A program made the position numbers and the translations under genes. Below are positions 24,306 through 37,975 of a stretch of 64,000 nucleotides of DNA, piece after piece. Source of the stretch: Monocercomonoides exilis PA203 (taxonomy: Eukaryota; Protista; Preaxostyla); contig LSRY02000043.1 in NCBI GenBank assembly GCA_001643675.2, positions 620,001 through 684,000 of the forward strand. The letters are read 5' to 3'. The first letter of the stretch is position 1, and every line of letters begins with the position of its first letter. The notes beneath the pieces were generated by a model. It did not search any database. It saw nothing but the letters and a program-made list of their open reading frames with translations, and was not told where the DNA came from.

Positions 24306-27300
24306 GGTATAGGAACATCCGTGCTTCTTTTGCAATTTGCAATGTTAGAAATAATCTTTATGATAAAATAACAGATAAAAATAATTTAAAACTTTTGGGC
24401 GGACGAATTTTTTGAAATTGTTTTTTCTTGTTGAAAAAAATCAATTTTGAGAAATCACCCATAAATATTACAATTTTTAATTAAAATTAATATATAAGGA
24501 TAATTACTTATTAACAAATACATGGAATGCTTATAAGTGTTATATTAACCTTTTGCATCAATAAATTTCTGAGAAATAAAACATTTTTGAAAAATAAAAA
24601 TATAAATTAATAATTTTTGATCGATCCCACAATTAATTTTTTGTTTTCCAAAAATTAAGAGTTGGCTTTTTTTCATGATTCAAAGGGTGCACACTTTCCA
24701 ATATATTGCAATATGTATATAAAAAAATTGAATTATTGAATGCAATGATTGTCATTTAAAATATTCTTCGATTTTAAACAAATTTTGATTGTTTCAATAT
24801 AAAATCATTATTCAAGCAATATGAAACAATATGAGAGTTGTATTTGAAAAATTTATCAAAAGTTTATCGTACATGCGGGGTTAACGTGTGAATCAAATTT
24901 TCATTTAAATAATTGGGAAAAAATTCTTGCTAAAAACGTAATAATTCTTATTATATCTTCTTTATCAATTTGGAATGTCGAAGACAAGGCAATGTCAAGT
25001 GAAAAAGGAGGAGCAATATTCTTCGCATTGGAAATCCATGGATCAATGAAGATAATTGACTCAACAATCAGTTATTGCAGCTGCGATTACTGTTCAGGAA
25101 AAGGAGGAGGAGTGTGTTTGGAAACAAAGGAAACAGGGTTTCTTGACTTCTCATTTGTAAGGATGAAATTCAGTTTAAATACAGCAAGAGAGGGGAATGA
25201 TATTTTTATTGAGTGTTTCAACATCACATCACAGATCAATGAAAATCAATTTCAGCTTGATCTTTGAGAGAAACCAAAGGCTGGGTATGCGAATGGGGGA
25301 AATGGAGGGATGGACTATCATGGATGCGGAAATTTTGACTTTCCATGTTTCACATTAACAAATACATGAGCTGCAGTGTTTGTTACAAGATCAGCAGTGG
25401 CATTGTGGCTGATGAGCACTTCAAGATTCACAAAGAAATGATACTAGATGCGCAGCCAATGGCTATTGACGGAGAAGTAAAAATGGAACTAATTGTGATG
25501 AGAGAAGAAGGTGATAAAGGAGAAGGAGAAGTTGGAGGAGGTTTGAAAGAATGCTTGGCAGAGACGAAGGAGAAAATCACATTCCGCTCTCCGATGTTTT
25601 GTGCTTGGTTGTTTGAGGGATCAACTCGAACATGTCTTTTAATGTGCAGCAACGTTATTCTGGGATTTGAAGGACACTCGTTTGGCACAGTGGTTGGAGC
25701 ATTTTGTGTGCGTGTGGAATGTTTGAAGGGGAGAGAAGGAAAGACGGAGCTTATGAAGTGTGGATTTAAAGATGTGACAATGAGGGAATGAGGAAAAGTT
25801 GTTTCTGAAGGTTGTGAAGCGGAAGTGGAATTTGATGAAGTGACGATACGAAACACGGGGAGAGAAGACGAAGGGAGCGTGTTGGAGCTGAGAAGAGGAA
25901 AGGATGCGAGCATTAGAAACACGACAATAAAGGAGAAGAATTTATTGAATGGGAACGAGATTGGCGTCTTGGAGGATATGAGGATGGAGATGAGGAAATT
26001 CACATTAAGTGAAGTGAGAAGATACGAAGAGAATGGAGGAGTGATGAGTGGGAAAAGTGGGGAGTAGGAGAGCGTGGGAGATTGAGAACTGTGTGTTTGA
26101 GGGGTGCGAGTGTGAGGCAGTTAACACATTGGGTGGACAGATAATGGTGAGTGTTGGGGATGGTGGAAGTTTGTGTTTGAGCAAAACAAAGTGGACAGAT
26201 GTGGGGTGCCGTTGGACAGCGTAAAGGGAGGAGGTGTGCATGTGGTGCGTAAAACAGCAAAGATAAAGTGTTCGATGAAGATGAACGAGTTCACAAACAA
26301 TGTTGCAGAAAATGGGGAGTACGTGTTTTTGGAATGCGACTCGACGTGGCTTGTGATTATTCCAGCACCGCAGAATGGATCGGCAAAGAATGAAACAGCG
26401 CAGAAGAAGATGTTGGTGGCGGAGCTGACTGAGGCGGGAAAGAAAGACTCGATCATCAATAACTTGTTCCCATTGCTGTGTTCATTCATGTTTGTGAGCG
26501 GCACAGGGAATGCCGAGGAGAACTGCTTGCTGAGAGAAAGCCCATGTGTGTCTGTTGATATTGGGTTTGAGCGGCTGAAGGACGTTCATGTGATCATGGA
26601 GTTGGAGGGAGCAGCGAGTGTGGGGAGAGTGATTAACAGGGAGGGAAAGTCTCTGACAATACAAGGGAATGAGGAGAAACGGGATATGAATGAGAAAGAG
26701 AGTGGGAAGTTTGAGCTTGTGAAATGGAAAGCACTGACATACATGACATCCTCATTTCTTCGGTTTGTGCTCCCTGGTGCGTCTTTTGAAGCGTCAGAAG
26801 AACAGTCAGTTGTGGAAGTCAGTGTTGGACAGTGCTCATATGCCGATTGCGCATATGTGTGTGCAGAAAGTGGAAAAAACAGCCGTGGGAAATGGATTGC
26901 GATTGGAAAATGTGGAGTTGTTCTGATAAACAGGACAGAAATCAGTGGTGTTGATTTTGTTGGAGGAGGTGTTGTTGCATGCAGGGGCTGTGATGTGACT
27001 TTTGAGAACAGTAGCATTGACAGTGTGGAAACAGACCGTAAGGAGATAATTGTTGGAGGAGCGGTGTCTGATATTGCGCTGAAAAACACAACAACAAGTG
27101 GATACGGCACGAATGCAAATGCACTGATCGCATCGAAAGAGGGATCATGCCTGATGATATGTGAGCGTTTCGTTTTTGAAGAGATCAGAACACAGAGCGG
27201 CTCGTGTGGATGTGTGGAGAGCGAAATGGAGGGGGAGGATGCGTTTTCAGAAGAGCTATCATAGATGACGAAGTGTGAGACGGAGAAAGAAAGATGGAGA

Positions 27301-28984
27301 GGAGGAGGGATATTCATGGGATTGGGGGACGGATGCGCTGGAAACTATCTGCTGTCTGGATTGAAGTTCAAAGGCAACGAGGCACATGAAGGGAATGATT
27401 TATTTATCATTTTCCAGGTTCTGAACGAGAGTGAAGGTACTGATCGACAAACCTTTGAATATGATGAGGATGATGGGATTGGAGTTGGTATGAAAGGGAT
27501 TGACAGAGAGCATTTTGTGGAGAGTGTTGATCTTCGTCTGTTTGTTGTTGAAAGAGAGACTGGGGAAGGTTATGTATCGTCAGAATGGTATGATGAAAAA
27601 GGATGTGAAAGCGAGGCATATCTATGTCAATCGATGTGGAGTGGAAAAAGTCACATTAACAAAAGTGGGACTGAAGGAGAAAGGAAAGTGAAAGTGAAGG
27701 ATGAAGTGATAATGGGAAATTCTTATTCATTTTTAAAAGCGGATGTGATTGATGGATGTGAGAATAAGGGAGATGGCATCAAATGTGAGATAGTTCATTT
27801 TGAAAAGACAACCAATGAGGATTCTCTTTTTTTGCTTTTGAATATAAGAGTATTTCAAAAAAACATCAAACATTTTAAAAATACTCAGTCAAAAATATGA
27901 TATAATTGCAACGCATTGCTCTTTTTAAAATGATTTGCAACTAAAAGTTCTTCTTTTTGAAATTTATTTCTCAAATGAATTTTGTGAATGAAATTCTTTT
28001 GAAAAATTGTATTTATTGAAAAAGACAATCAGAATAATCGAAGGAAAAATATCAACAAAATTTTTGTTTTTCTTCAAATCTTTCATTCATCTTTCAGTCT
28101 TTCTCAATCAGCGTGGAAAGCGTTCACGACTCTGTTCTGATTGCATTTGATGCTCTTCTTCATTGTTATGCTTTTTATCATTCTTCCTAATATATTTTTC
28201 TGCAAAAAATAAGACGAAGTCTTCTTCTGTTTCTCAGCTTTGTGCGTCTTTTGAGGGTTCCTGCGGAAGGAACAGAAGTTTTTTATTCTTCCATTCTCAT
28301 TAGGTTCAACTTCTTTATTCAATATTGTATTTTGGATGTTATCAAATATATATTATATCTTTTTAAAGTTTTTCCGTTTAAAACACATATATATATCTTG
28401 CACACTGAACATAGATTTAGAATAATGTTGTAGTTTTTGCACTTCATAATGAATAATCAAATACTCTTGTTATGACTGAATATAAACTTCATATGCTAAA
28501 AACAAAATATGTTAATAATAGAAGAATATTTTAAATGACAATCATTGCATTCAATAATTCAATTTTTTTATATACATATTGCAATATATTGGAAAGTGTG
28601 CACCCTTTGAATCATGAAAAAAAGCCAACTCTTAATTTTTGGAAAACAAAAAATTAATTGTGGGATCGATCAAAAATTATTAATTTATATTTTTATTTTT
28701 CAAAAATGTTTTATTTCTCAGAAATTTATTGATGCAAAAGGTTAATATAACACTTATAAGCATTCCATGTATTTGTTAATAAGTAATTATCCTTATATAT
28801 TAATTTTAATTAAAAATTGTAATATTTATGGGTGATTTCTCAAAATTGATTTTTTTCAACAAGAAAAAACAATTTCAAAAAATTCGTCCGCCCAAAAGTT
28901 TTAAATTATTTTTATCTGTTATTTTATCATAAAGATTATTTCTAACATTGCAAATTGCAAAAGAAGCATGGATGTTCCTATGCC
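24306..28984. mobile_element. 4.7-kb non-autonomous element with 464-bp inverted ends carrying host gene cargo (Pack-type)
   Basis: Near-perfect inverted repeat 24306-24769 / 28521-28984 starting GG(T/C)ATAGG. It splits MITE family A and has a degenerate 8-bp TSD AGAAAATC/AAAAAATT. Confidence 0.65.
24992..27830 (+). pseudogene. Pseudogene of a lineage-specific large surface/adhesin-like protein family (GGA-motif beta-helix repeats)
   Basis: Successive frames broken by stops (25267, 25791, 26067, 27264), with family motifs KGGAIFF, GKGGGVCL, CLLRESPCVSVDIG, RGGGIFM, GNEAHEGNDLFI, GCESEAYLCQS. Confidence 0.7.
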
Positions 28985-29020
28985 AAAAAATTACCCATAA
29001 TGAATTAAATTGTGATAATA

Positions 29021-29290
29021 TGGGGGAAAATATGAACTTTCTAGCTTCTTTTGCGCAAAGCATGAAAAAATTGTTTCACTTTCAACATTATTTAACTTTA
29101 ACAGATTTCAAAATAAATTTGATTTTCATATCTGCAAACATACGTCATTGATATAATAACACTATGTTGTGTGACATCGCATGTATTTCAAAAAATAAAC
29201 CCATTTTTTTCAAATTTTTTGATCACAAAAATATCATCTTTGAAACAAAAATTTTTATTGAAAATGCCTGAAGTCAAATATTTTGTCACG
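29021..29290 (-). repeat. Dispersed ~270-bp repeat derived from the 5' end of the Harbinger element
   Basis: Homologous to 31135-31405, 54820-55095 and 33860-34130. Confidence 0.65.
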
Positions 29291-29299
29291 TTCAACTAA

Positions 29300-29838
29300 T
29301 TTTTTCTTTGTTGCAAACTGTTCAGGCTATTTTTCATTTTTTGCAATTTGCTCTTTCTGACGGAAAAAAACTATCATTTTTGAAAAATCATTATCAATGG
29401 GACAACTCAAAAAATATTTTTGACAAAACTCAAAATCATCCAAGTTAATTAAACACTTGAAGTTATTTGTATAATAGTTAGACTAAATAACTGCTACGTA
29501 ATAATAAATAATGATTCAGAAGTGATGTCATAAATGTTTTTTGTTTTGGCAGTTGATGATTTTTGATGATCAATTTCATAGAAATTCGAATAAATATTAT
29601 TCTTTGAAATCCCTGCTGAATCATTATTAATTATTACGTAGCGGTAATTTTGTCTAACTATTTTACAAATAACTTCGAGTGTTAAATTATCTTGGACGAT
29701 TTTGAGTTTCGTCAAAAATATTTTTTCAAGGTGTCCAATTGACGATGATTTTTCAAAAATAACGGATTTTCATTCAGTTAGAAAGAACAAATAAGCGAAA
29801 ATAAAAAATAACTAGAACAGTTTACAACAAAGAAAAAA
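29300..29838. mobile_element. Foldback MITE with ~235-bp imperfect inverted arms
   Basis: TTTTTTCTTTGTTGCAAACTGTTC... pairs with ...GAACAGTTTACAACAAAGAAAAAA. Arms are colinear up to a short central loop. Confidence 0.75.
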
Positions 29839-30060
29839 TAAATTTTATGAATAAAAGATGAACTGAATCGTTTTGTTGAAATAGAAAAATTCATTCAAAG
29901 TCATATTATCAAAATAAAGATCACTTATTTCTTTATGAATACAGCACAATAAATAAAAATTTGGATACTGTAAGATGTGCTGTATATCGATGCGTAACTA
30001 TGTGAATTATTATTATTTTATTTTTTTAACTTGTCGAGATAAATGAATTTTAACAAAAGT

Positions 30061-31085
30061 TCGGGTTTTTGAAAAATTCCCTGGTTTCTTAACGATGGTT
30101 ATCGATACATAAAAAATTAATCGGGACCTAAATTTTCTGGCTCTCTGGAGCACTTTTCGAAAAAATGAAATAACAGGAAATCTTCAAAATGATTATATGT
30201 GTTATTCCTGAAATTATTTTTTAATTTTTCAATTTTAGAAAAAAGATCTGGTATTTTTTCGTTTTATTTTTCTAATCAAAGACTTGCTCGTATTTTCACG
30301 AGCTTTTTGTTTTGAGTAATATCATAGTTTATAAACTTAATTTCTTTATGTTTTTGGTTATTTTTTGATATTGAACACTTCATATTTTTATTCCTTTTTC
30401 CATTTCACTAAATTTCAATAAAAAAAAGATTTAATTGGGACAAAGGAGATTTCTAGTCTTTTAAAAAGTCGAAATATGAAAATTATCCATTGACAAAGGA
30501 ATACAAAAGGAAGAAAATCTTGAATTTTTTTATGATCGTAATTATTATTCAAAAAAAAACTTGTTTTTGTTTATTATCGAATCTTAAACTTCAAATCACA
30601 TTCTACAGTTTCATATTTTTTATGATAATCAAAACGATCATTTTTTCAACATATATAAAAACATCAGAAAACAATGCAATTCAAATATCACTGTTAATTT
30701 TCTATTTATTGAAATTTAATGAAATGGAAAAAATAATTATAAAACGAAGTGTCAAACAATGAAAAATAACCAAAATTAAAAAGAAATTATGTTCAACAAC
30801 AACAACAACAACACTTTAAAATATCAAAACAAAAAACTCGTTGAAATATGAGCAAATCTTTGATCTTAAAAATAAAACAAAAAAATTCAAAATCTTTTCA
30901 CTTTTATTTAAAAAATAAAAAGCATTTTCAGGAATAGCACATAACAACATTTTGAAAATTTCCTGTTATTTGTTTTTTTCCAAAAGTGCTCTGGAAAGCA
31001 AGAAATTTAGGGTATCGATCATAAAAAAAGGGGTTATTGATAAATAACTAACCTTATTATTCAAATGAAAAATTTTCAAAACTGA
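30061..31085. mobile_element. Foldback element with ~320-bp imperfect inverted arms (MULE-like, non-autonomous)
   Basis: 30061-30381 is the diverged reverse complement of ~30746-31085, e.g. CCTAAATTTTCTGGCTCTCTGGAGCACTTTT vs AAAAGTGCTCTGGAAAGCAAGAAATTTAGG. Confidence 0.7.
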
Positions 31086-31134
31086 AGATTGCTCATTCAA
31101 TTTGAGTAGATTTTTCAAAGTTGTATTCACGTTC

Positions 31135-31405
31135 GGGACAAAATATTTCACTTCAGGCATTTTCGTTGAAAAATCATGAACTTTTCATTGACTTTTTGAA
31201 TCAAAAAACATAATAAAAATGGGCTCATTTTTTGACATTCGTGAAAAGTTTCAAAACTTCATGCTTTGATTTCAACGAAGCCTGTTTGCAGATATGAAAA
31301 TCAGTTTTATTTCAAAATATGAGAAAGCGAAATTAAGTTATGAGTGAAGTTATTTTTCGATGCCTTGTGCAAAAAAAGCTTGAAAGACCGTATTTTCCCC
31401 CATTT
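31135..31405 (+). repeat. Dispersed repeat derived from the Harbinger 5' end
   Basis: AAATATTTCACTTCAGGCATTTTC...TGTGCAAAAAAAGCTTGAAAGACCGTATTTTCCCCCA is shared with 54820-55095 and with the rc of 29021-29290. Confidence 0.7.
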
Positions 31406-32082
31406 GTTCATTTCAAATTTCTTTCAATCTCTTCCAAGAAATAATCGTCTCACCTTATGCTTTTCTTATTCTTTTCACATTTGAGATGATAATTTCTGCT
31501 ATATGAATACTGTTCCATTCAATACTTTCAGAGATTTTTTTTCAAATTAATAATATATGAACATTTTACCTTATGAAAATGAAAGAATAATTTTATAAAG
31601 AATGCAGGAAAAATAAGGCACGAATCATTTTGCAAAATGTGAAATTAATTTGTCAGTTTTATTAAATTGTGTCATTTCAAGTTTCAGCCCGAATTTAAAA
31701 TTAACCCAGAAATTTTGAAACAACCAGGAAAAACTTAAATTAAATGTACTGGTTTTTTAAAAAAAAACTTTGAATTGAAATATTTTTGATGGAAATATGG
31801 TTGTGGCCATGTTCGAAAATGTTTTTGTTTGCATAATTCTTTAAACAAAAATTCAAAGATTTCCTTTTTGGGTTTTAAAAGATATTGAGAGATCTTTGTT
31901 TGTCAAACCCACAAAATTTTGGAAATCTTATTTATAAAAAACAAAAATATTTTGTGTTTCTCCAACAACACTGTTTGTTTAAATATAATTTAAAAAATCT
32001 TGAATTGTTATATCTTTATGTTTTTAAATCATTTTGAAAAAAACAATTTGAATGGAAATCGCAAAAAGATGAACAATATAAT

Positions 32083-32349
32083 AAATATGGGTGATTATTT
32101 TTGAAAACATATTTTTTCTTTCTATAAATTCGGTTTTAAAATTTCTCTTGAATATCAACAAAAAAACGCAGAAAATGGAAAAGGCACACAAAAGATATTT
32201 TTATCTTTATTTGAGCTAAAACGTTTGATTTTGTCACAATTTCAGTTCAAAAAATATGTAAATGATAATTTTCAATCCATTTTCAAAAGAAAAAGATAAA
32301 TTAAATACCCCGATAAAAGTTATGATTTCAAAAATAATCACCCATATTT
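32083..32349. mobile_element. MITE family B (TIR ATATGGGTGATTATTTTTG)
   Basis: 24-bp perfect terminal inverted repeat. A second copy lies at 37711-37975. Confidence 0.8.
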
Positions 32350-32449
32350 TAGATTTTATCAGAATCAAAAATTTTCCTTTTCATAATACTACATTGTTGA
32401 TCACATTTTGTGGAATGTCTGCGTTTGATCGATTGAAGCTTTTTCTCAC

Positions 32450-33899
32450 TCATTTCCATTCTGTATCCGCTCTCATGTTTATTTCCCTTATCTTCTTTCG
32501 CTCTATCTCCTTTATTGAAGAAAAGGCAATTTCTTCATTTAAAAAAGTTCCATCTTCTTCAGTCAAGCATTGGGAATCGATAACAACGTTTGTCAGCCAA
32601 CTAGCAATCTTTGCATCCATTGAGATATTTTCTCTTCCTCCTGTGTATTTATTTGAAAGTCGAAGCCATAACCTTTTCATTTCACGAAAGAACCACTCAA
32701 CAAAGATTCTATTTCAAGCCAATATAGAATAAAACGGTTTGATATTTTCTTTAACTTTTCCAGAAGGCAATGTGGAGGAGGAATCTTCGTGAGAAAATTA
32801 ATGAATGTTAAGAAAAGAGAAATATGTGTTTGGGAGTGACACTGCAGATAACGAGTCTGTGGATGACATTGCAGAAGGAGAAGAGGAAGAGGAAGAGGAT
32901 GAAGAAGAAGAAAAGGGAGAAGAAGGAAAAGAATTCATTAAAGAAGATATTTCAGACAAAGAAGGACAAAAATATAAATTTTGAGAATTAAATTTCGGAA
33001 ACTTGTTTGTTGGGAAATTCTTTCGGATTGGTGTAATTATATTCAGCTCGGGAAAATAGCCTTGATATCATTTATCGGCAAGAATAGCCCAGCTTTCGCT
33101 TTCATCATAAATACATCTTCCGTTTTTTTCTTTATCTGTTTTATTGTGAAACCCTATGTATCTTTTTCATCCCTTGTCTAAAAAGAGACGCATCATGTAT
33201 TCCTCCTGCTACAGCGTCTGACACAAACAGTGCTTTGTGTGGCGGCCATGCCGAAACGGCCACTTCGAACTTCATACAATAAACATAATGATGACCATCA
33301 AAAAGTTGCTTTGAGTCATCATATGCTATTGGTTGGCAAGGAACTTTCACTGTCGTGGCATCTACCAACAAAGCAACAGATGGGAAATCTCGGCATGGGC
33401 AAAAGGGAGGCCTTGGAGGCTCCGAAAAGAGCTTCTTGAAAACGTTAAATAGATTTGGTTTTATTTCATCATAACAGCAAGATGCAATTGTGCTCGATAT
33501 TTTCAAAACTTCATCAATCATTTTCATATCTGTTCTTCTTGAAAGAAAATGAAGATAGATAATTATCTGATCGTGAAATGTTAATGTCTTTCGGGGTCCC
33601 CTCTTTGGAACAGAACTCGAATCCGATTTGACAAGATTGCCAAGTTCTATCAAAAACATTATTGGCAAACTGAATTGTTCATCAATGTTGTCATCAATTA
33701 ATGATGAAAACAATTCACCAAACGATTCTTTTTCTTCCTCTTCCTCTTTAAGTGATTTAACTTCACTTTTTTCAATGCGAGAAATTTTCATTACCCTTTT
33801 TATTTGGAGTGTTTTGAAATCAGGATTTTTTTTGCTTTCCTGGTCTATTTTTCATTTTTCGTTTGGGGGATAATATAGACTTTCAAGCTTTTTCTGCAT
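32450..33899 (-). pseudogene. PIF/Harbinger (DDE_Tnp_4-like) transposase pseudogene
   Basis: HTH-like region (DQIIIYLHFL...LKISSTIAS), ALLVDAT, FDGHHYVYCMKFEVAV, GGIHDASLF, and downstream RILVEWFFREMKRLW...WLTN. Frameshifted and interrupted by low-complexity DNA. Confidence 0.8.
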
Positions 33900-36345
33900 G
33901 AAGTGAAAAAAAATATAGACGCTCATTTCTTTATTTATCATTCTCAGATTTCAAAACAAATTGGTTATTCTTTTCTGTTGACGGGCATTGTCGATATAAT
34001 TACAGAAAGTTTGTGACATTCCAAAAATGTAAAAAAATGAACCAACATTATTGTGTTTTTTGTTCTCAAAAAGTCAAAGAAAAGTGCATCAATTTATTAC
34101 GAAAATGCCAAAAGGTTAATATTTTGCTCCATTTTCTTTGACAATGGAAGAGAAGAGTTTGACGAATTTACTGTTTGGTAGGGAGATGATTGAAAAGTTT
34201 TTGGTATTCCATATGTGAAATCGTAGCAATAAGTCTCATCATCGCTGTACGAATTATCTATCAGTAAATTGTGCAAATATTGATTGCTTTTTCTTTTTCT
34301 TTTTTAAGAATCACTTCAGTGTGATCAAACGAAGAAATTGAATTTTCATTACTCAAAACGAAACATGTTTGATTTCCTTCTAATTCTGCTGTTTAAAAAA
34401 TGAGAATTTGATGTTGAATTTTCTTTTTGTCTACTTGAGCCGAAAACATTTACAAAGAAAGTATAAAAAGTTTTGAAGAATTGATAATGCAAACCTTTCA
34501 TTTCTGTGATCATTGCTAGCACATCCTGATCCAAAGAATACTGTTCCATAGAGACAAGTTGGATATGTTTCCATGATAAGTTTTTCGATAGTTGATATAA
34601 ATGGAGTTCTTTCCTGAGATTATATTAATTTTGTCACAGAAATGAAAGTTTTTTTAAAAAATTTTAAAGAGTTGTGAACAAGAAATATGAATTGATAAAA
34701 AAATTTTCGGAATTTTTTTGAATATCAATTGATATGACAAAGGAATAATAATTAATGTTTTAATGTCAAACAAAGTTTATAATACACACAGCAATGATCT
34801 TAGGAAAAGAGTTTTTTGTTATAACAAATTGATTCAAATCATTCAACGCAAACAAGGGTTTATGTTTTATGTTGTTCAATTCCACAGTGAGTAGATGTTC
34901 ACAAGGTGACGTTCATGAATTTTTGAACTTCCATTATAAATGTTAAAAATCCCATCAATTTCAAGCGCTAACAAAGGGTGTTTTTGTGATTCGCATTTTG
35001 GATTTATGATAACTGCTGATGAGTATTCGTTGAAGAAATGCACATGAACATCAGAGGCATAACAGAAGCGTTGTTTTGAATTCTTTTTTTCTAATAAACG
35101 TTCTTGTCTTTTCTCTTCACACTTTGAGATGAAAAACATTCTTTGTCTACAATTCTTATAATGAGCATGAAAAAATAACGCAAAATACAGCATAAACAAC
35201 ACAAATAACAAAAATACAACCTTGTATTGATTGTTCCAACATGAAAAAAATTAAAGTTATTTATTGAACACGCATGATTCAAAAAAAAAACATAATCCAC
35301 TTTTTCTTTATTCTTTTCCAGATTAATTTCAAAATTATTTCGAACGTTTTGTTGGAAAAATCAAATTGGAATTATTATTCATCTATCTTATCTTCATTTT
35401 GTTCAGTTCTTCAATAAACAAGTTTTGATTATCCTCATTGTTAATGACCAGTCTGAAAAACATTTGAATTATTGAATAAATGAAAACGATGTGAAATCAT
35501 AAATGATTCTTCCAACAACAATTTCAAATTTGTGTGTTGTTTAAATTATCAATATCCTTTTTTTAAAAAAATATGTGAGAAACCACGATGAATCGATATA
35601 CTGCAATTCTTGCATTGTGCGAAAAAGTCTGAAAAAAGTGAATAAAATACTGTTTAAACTTAAAAAACAAACTTAAACATTTATTCTCAAACAGGATTTA
35701 ATTGCATTTTTGTTTTCAACCAGAATAAGTTGGATGAAAAAGAAAATAATTAGATCATTAACATTAATGAATATTTGTCAATTGGAGTTCAGCCAAATAG
35801 GTTTAATATAAATGATATAAGGTTTTATTTTATCGATACATTAAAACAAAACCATTCGTGAACAATTCTTTTATCATTTTAACAAAAAAACTGAAATTTC
35901 ATAATACCAAAATGGTGAAATTCAACAAGAATATATTCAAACTTATATATAAATGAATGAAAATGAATGTTCAATATTATTCTTCGTGAAAGAATTCATT
36001 ATTTTTTGAAAACAATTCATTTTTCCATTTGACGGAAAATGATCGAAAATTATAGAAAATCTCTCAAAAAATAATTTATTTGTGATAAACATGGCAAAAT
36101 TATAAATGTTGATGTGTTTGTGGATTAAACTTGGAACATATTGTTTTTTTTGATAAATACAAAACTTTCAACCCACAAATAAAAAACACTTATTTTTCTT
36201 AAAAATACTGCCGTTTATTTGAAATTACTGGACAATCTTGAAATAACTCAATTATTTTGAAATTGTCTTTGAAAATATTGAAACTCTTGGGAAATTTCGC
36301 AATCACTCGGGAAGTCGAAAAATTATTCCAAAAAAATAAATCATA

Positions 36346-36856
36346 TGTCCAAATTTTTTTGAAAAGTTCCTTTTGTTAAATTTACAAATAAAACAAAAAT
36401 TACATATTTTTGTCATATTTCTGTTCACACATAAAAAAGTTCACTGAAATGGAAACAGAACCTTTACTATGTTATTATTTCCATTTTTGTGAATTTTCAT
36501 GATTGGGAACAGAAATATGGGCAAGTTCCAAATATATGGACCATCGATAAAAATATTTTTATATATTAATTATGAAAGAATATGGAACATTAATTTATTT
36601 AAAATTAGTTATGTCTGTCGAAAATGCATTGTTTGAAACTTTCATTTTTTCATTTGATCTGTCCCATAACATTTTCTTGTTTTTAACTGGTTTGAAAATT
36701 TTGTTTATTGTTCGAAAGAAGCATTCTTCGAACTTTAATGTTAATTGTATAGAATTGGAATCGATTATATTTAGAAATGCCAAAAACAATTTTCGCGATG
36801 TGAATATTAAACGTTGCAAATGTTTGATATTGTTTTTGTGAAGAATTTCTCAATAT
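36346..36856 (+). repeat. Left arm of a 511-bp inverted duplication
   Basis: Reverse complement of 38957-39467. Identical spurious 89-aa and 74-aa ORFs appear on opposite strands in the ORF track. Confidence 0.95.
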
Positions 36857-37259
36857 AACTAATTTATTTCATAAAATTTTTTTCGCTTATTAACAAAGAA
36901 TTTGCAGTAAATCATCTGAATCAGAAAAGTCTAATTCAACTTGTCTGTTTGTCTTCAATGAGGCAATTGATGTTCAAATTTTTGTGTAATGAAAATTGTG
37001 AAGAAATATTGAATGAAATTCATTCCGTGTTGGAAACAACAAGCGATTAAAAAGAATTGTTGAAACGTGTGGATAGGAAGAGACAAGAAGAAAAGAAGGA
37101 TATTTCGTGAAGAAGAAATGAGAAAGAAAACATTCTTTTAATGAGACGGTTTGATACGACATAATCTTATTTTCTCATTCAGAAAGTGGAATGAAGAACA
37201 CTTGTGCCTCATCGGTAACAATGCTCAGATCTATCATGCGACACAGGAAAATAACAAAG

Positions 37260-37560
37260 ATATTTCATTGTGATGCCTTTATTTTCTAATATGAGCAGCA
37301 GATAAAAGAGCTTTGGAAGTTAAAGACATATTGAAAGAAGGAATCGTTGCTATTGTTTTGAAAAAGATTTGGCAGACAATGGAGAACAACAAGATAGCAT
37401 ATTATTGCTTGAAATTTTCTTTGAAAGTTTCGAAAATACAAAACGAAATGTTGTTAACTGAAATGGATGAAGGGAAAAGAAAAGAGTTGGAAAGAAAAGT
37501 GAACGAAAAAAGGGAATAAGAATGAAATGAAAATGCCAATGCTTGTTTTCGATAAATATT
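37260..37560 (+). pseudogene. C-terminal fragment of the helical-repeat family also seen at 52.2-53.7 kb
   Basis: EVKDILKEGIVAIVLKKIWQTM...EMDEGKRKELERKVNEKRE aligns by eye with EIVDLFESGAIDLILENIHQAM...EMLKAKKKEIKMKIFEKME. Confidence 0.55.
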
Positions 37561-37710
37561 TGGTTCTCTCAACGAAAATTGTCATGATTATTTACAGTTG
37601 GATATTTGAAATTATCTTGTGAATGTTTGAGTTAAATCATTACATTTTGTTATTCTTTTTTTTTCAATTCTCTCTTTAATTTCCTTTTACAAAAAAAAGG
37701 ATAACAAAAA

Positions 37711-37975
37711 ATATGGGTGATTATTTTTGTAATCATAACTTTTTTCGGGGTGTTGATTTTTCAAAGGTTGTTTGACATAGAATAGAGAATTTATATTTTC
37801 ATGATAAATTTCATCAAAACCATTTCAAAAACTAATGTTTAAGATGAAATAAAGAAGAAGATATCTTTAATTTGTGTTTTCATTTCTTAGTGTTTTTTTT
37901 GTCAGTATTCAATAAAAATTTTCGAACCGAAATTTTAGAATGAAAAAACATGAATTCAAAAATAATCACCCATAT
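37711..37975. mobile_element. MITE family B, second copy
   Basis: TIRs ATATGGGTGATTATTTTTG / CAAAAATAATCACCCATAT. Same length as 32083-32349, opposite orientation. Confidence 0.8.
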
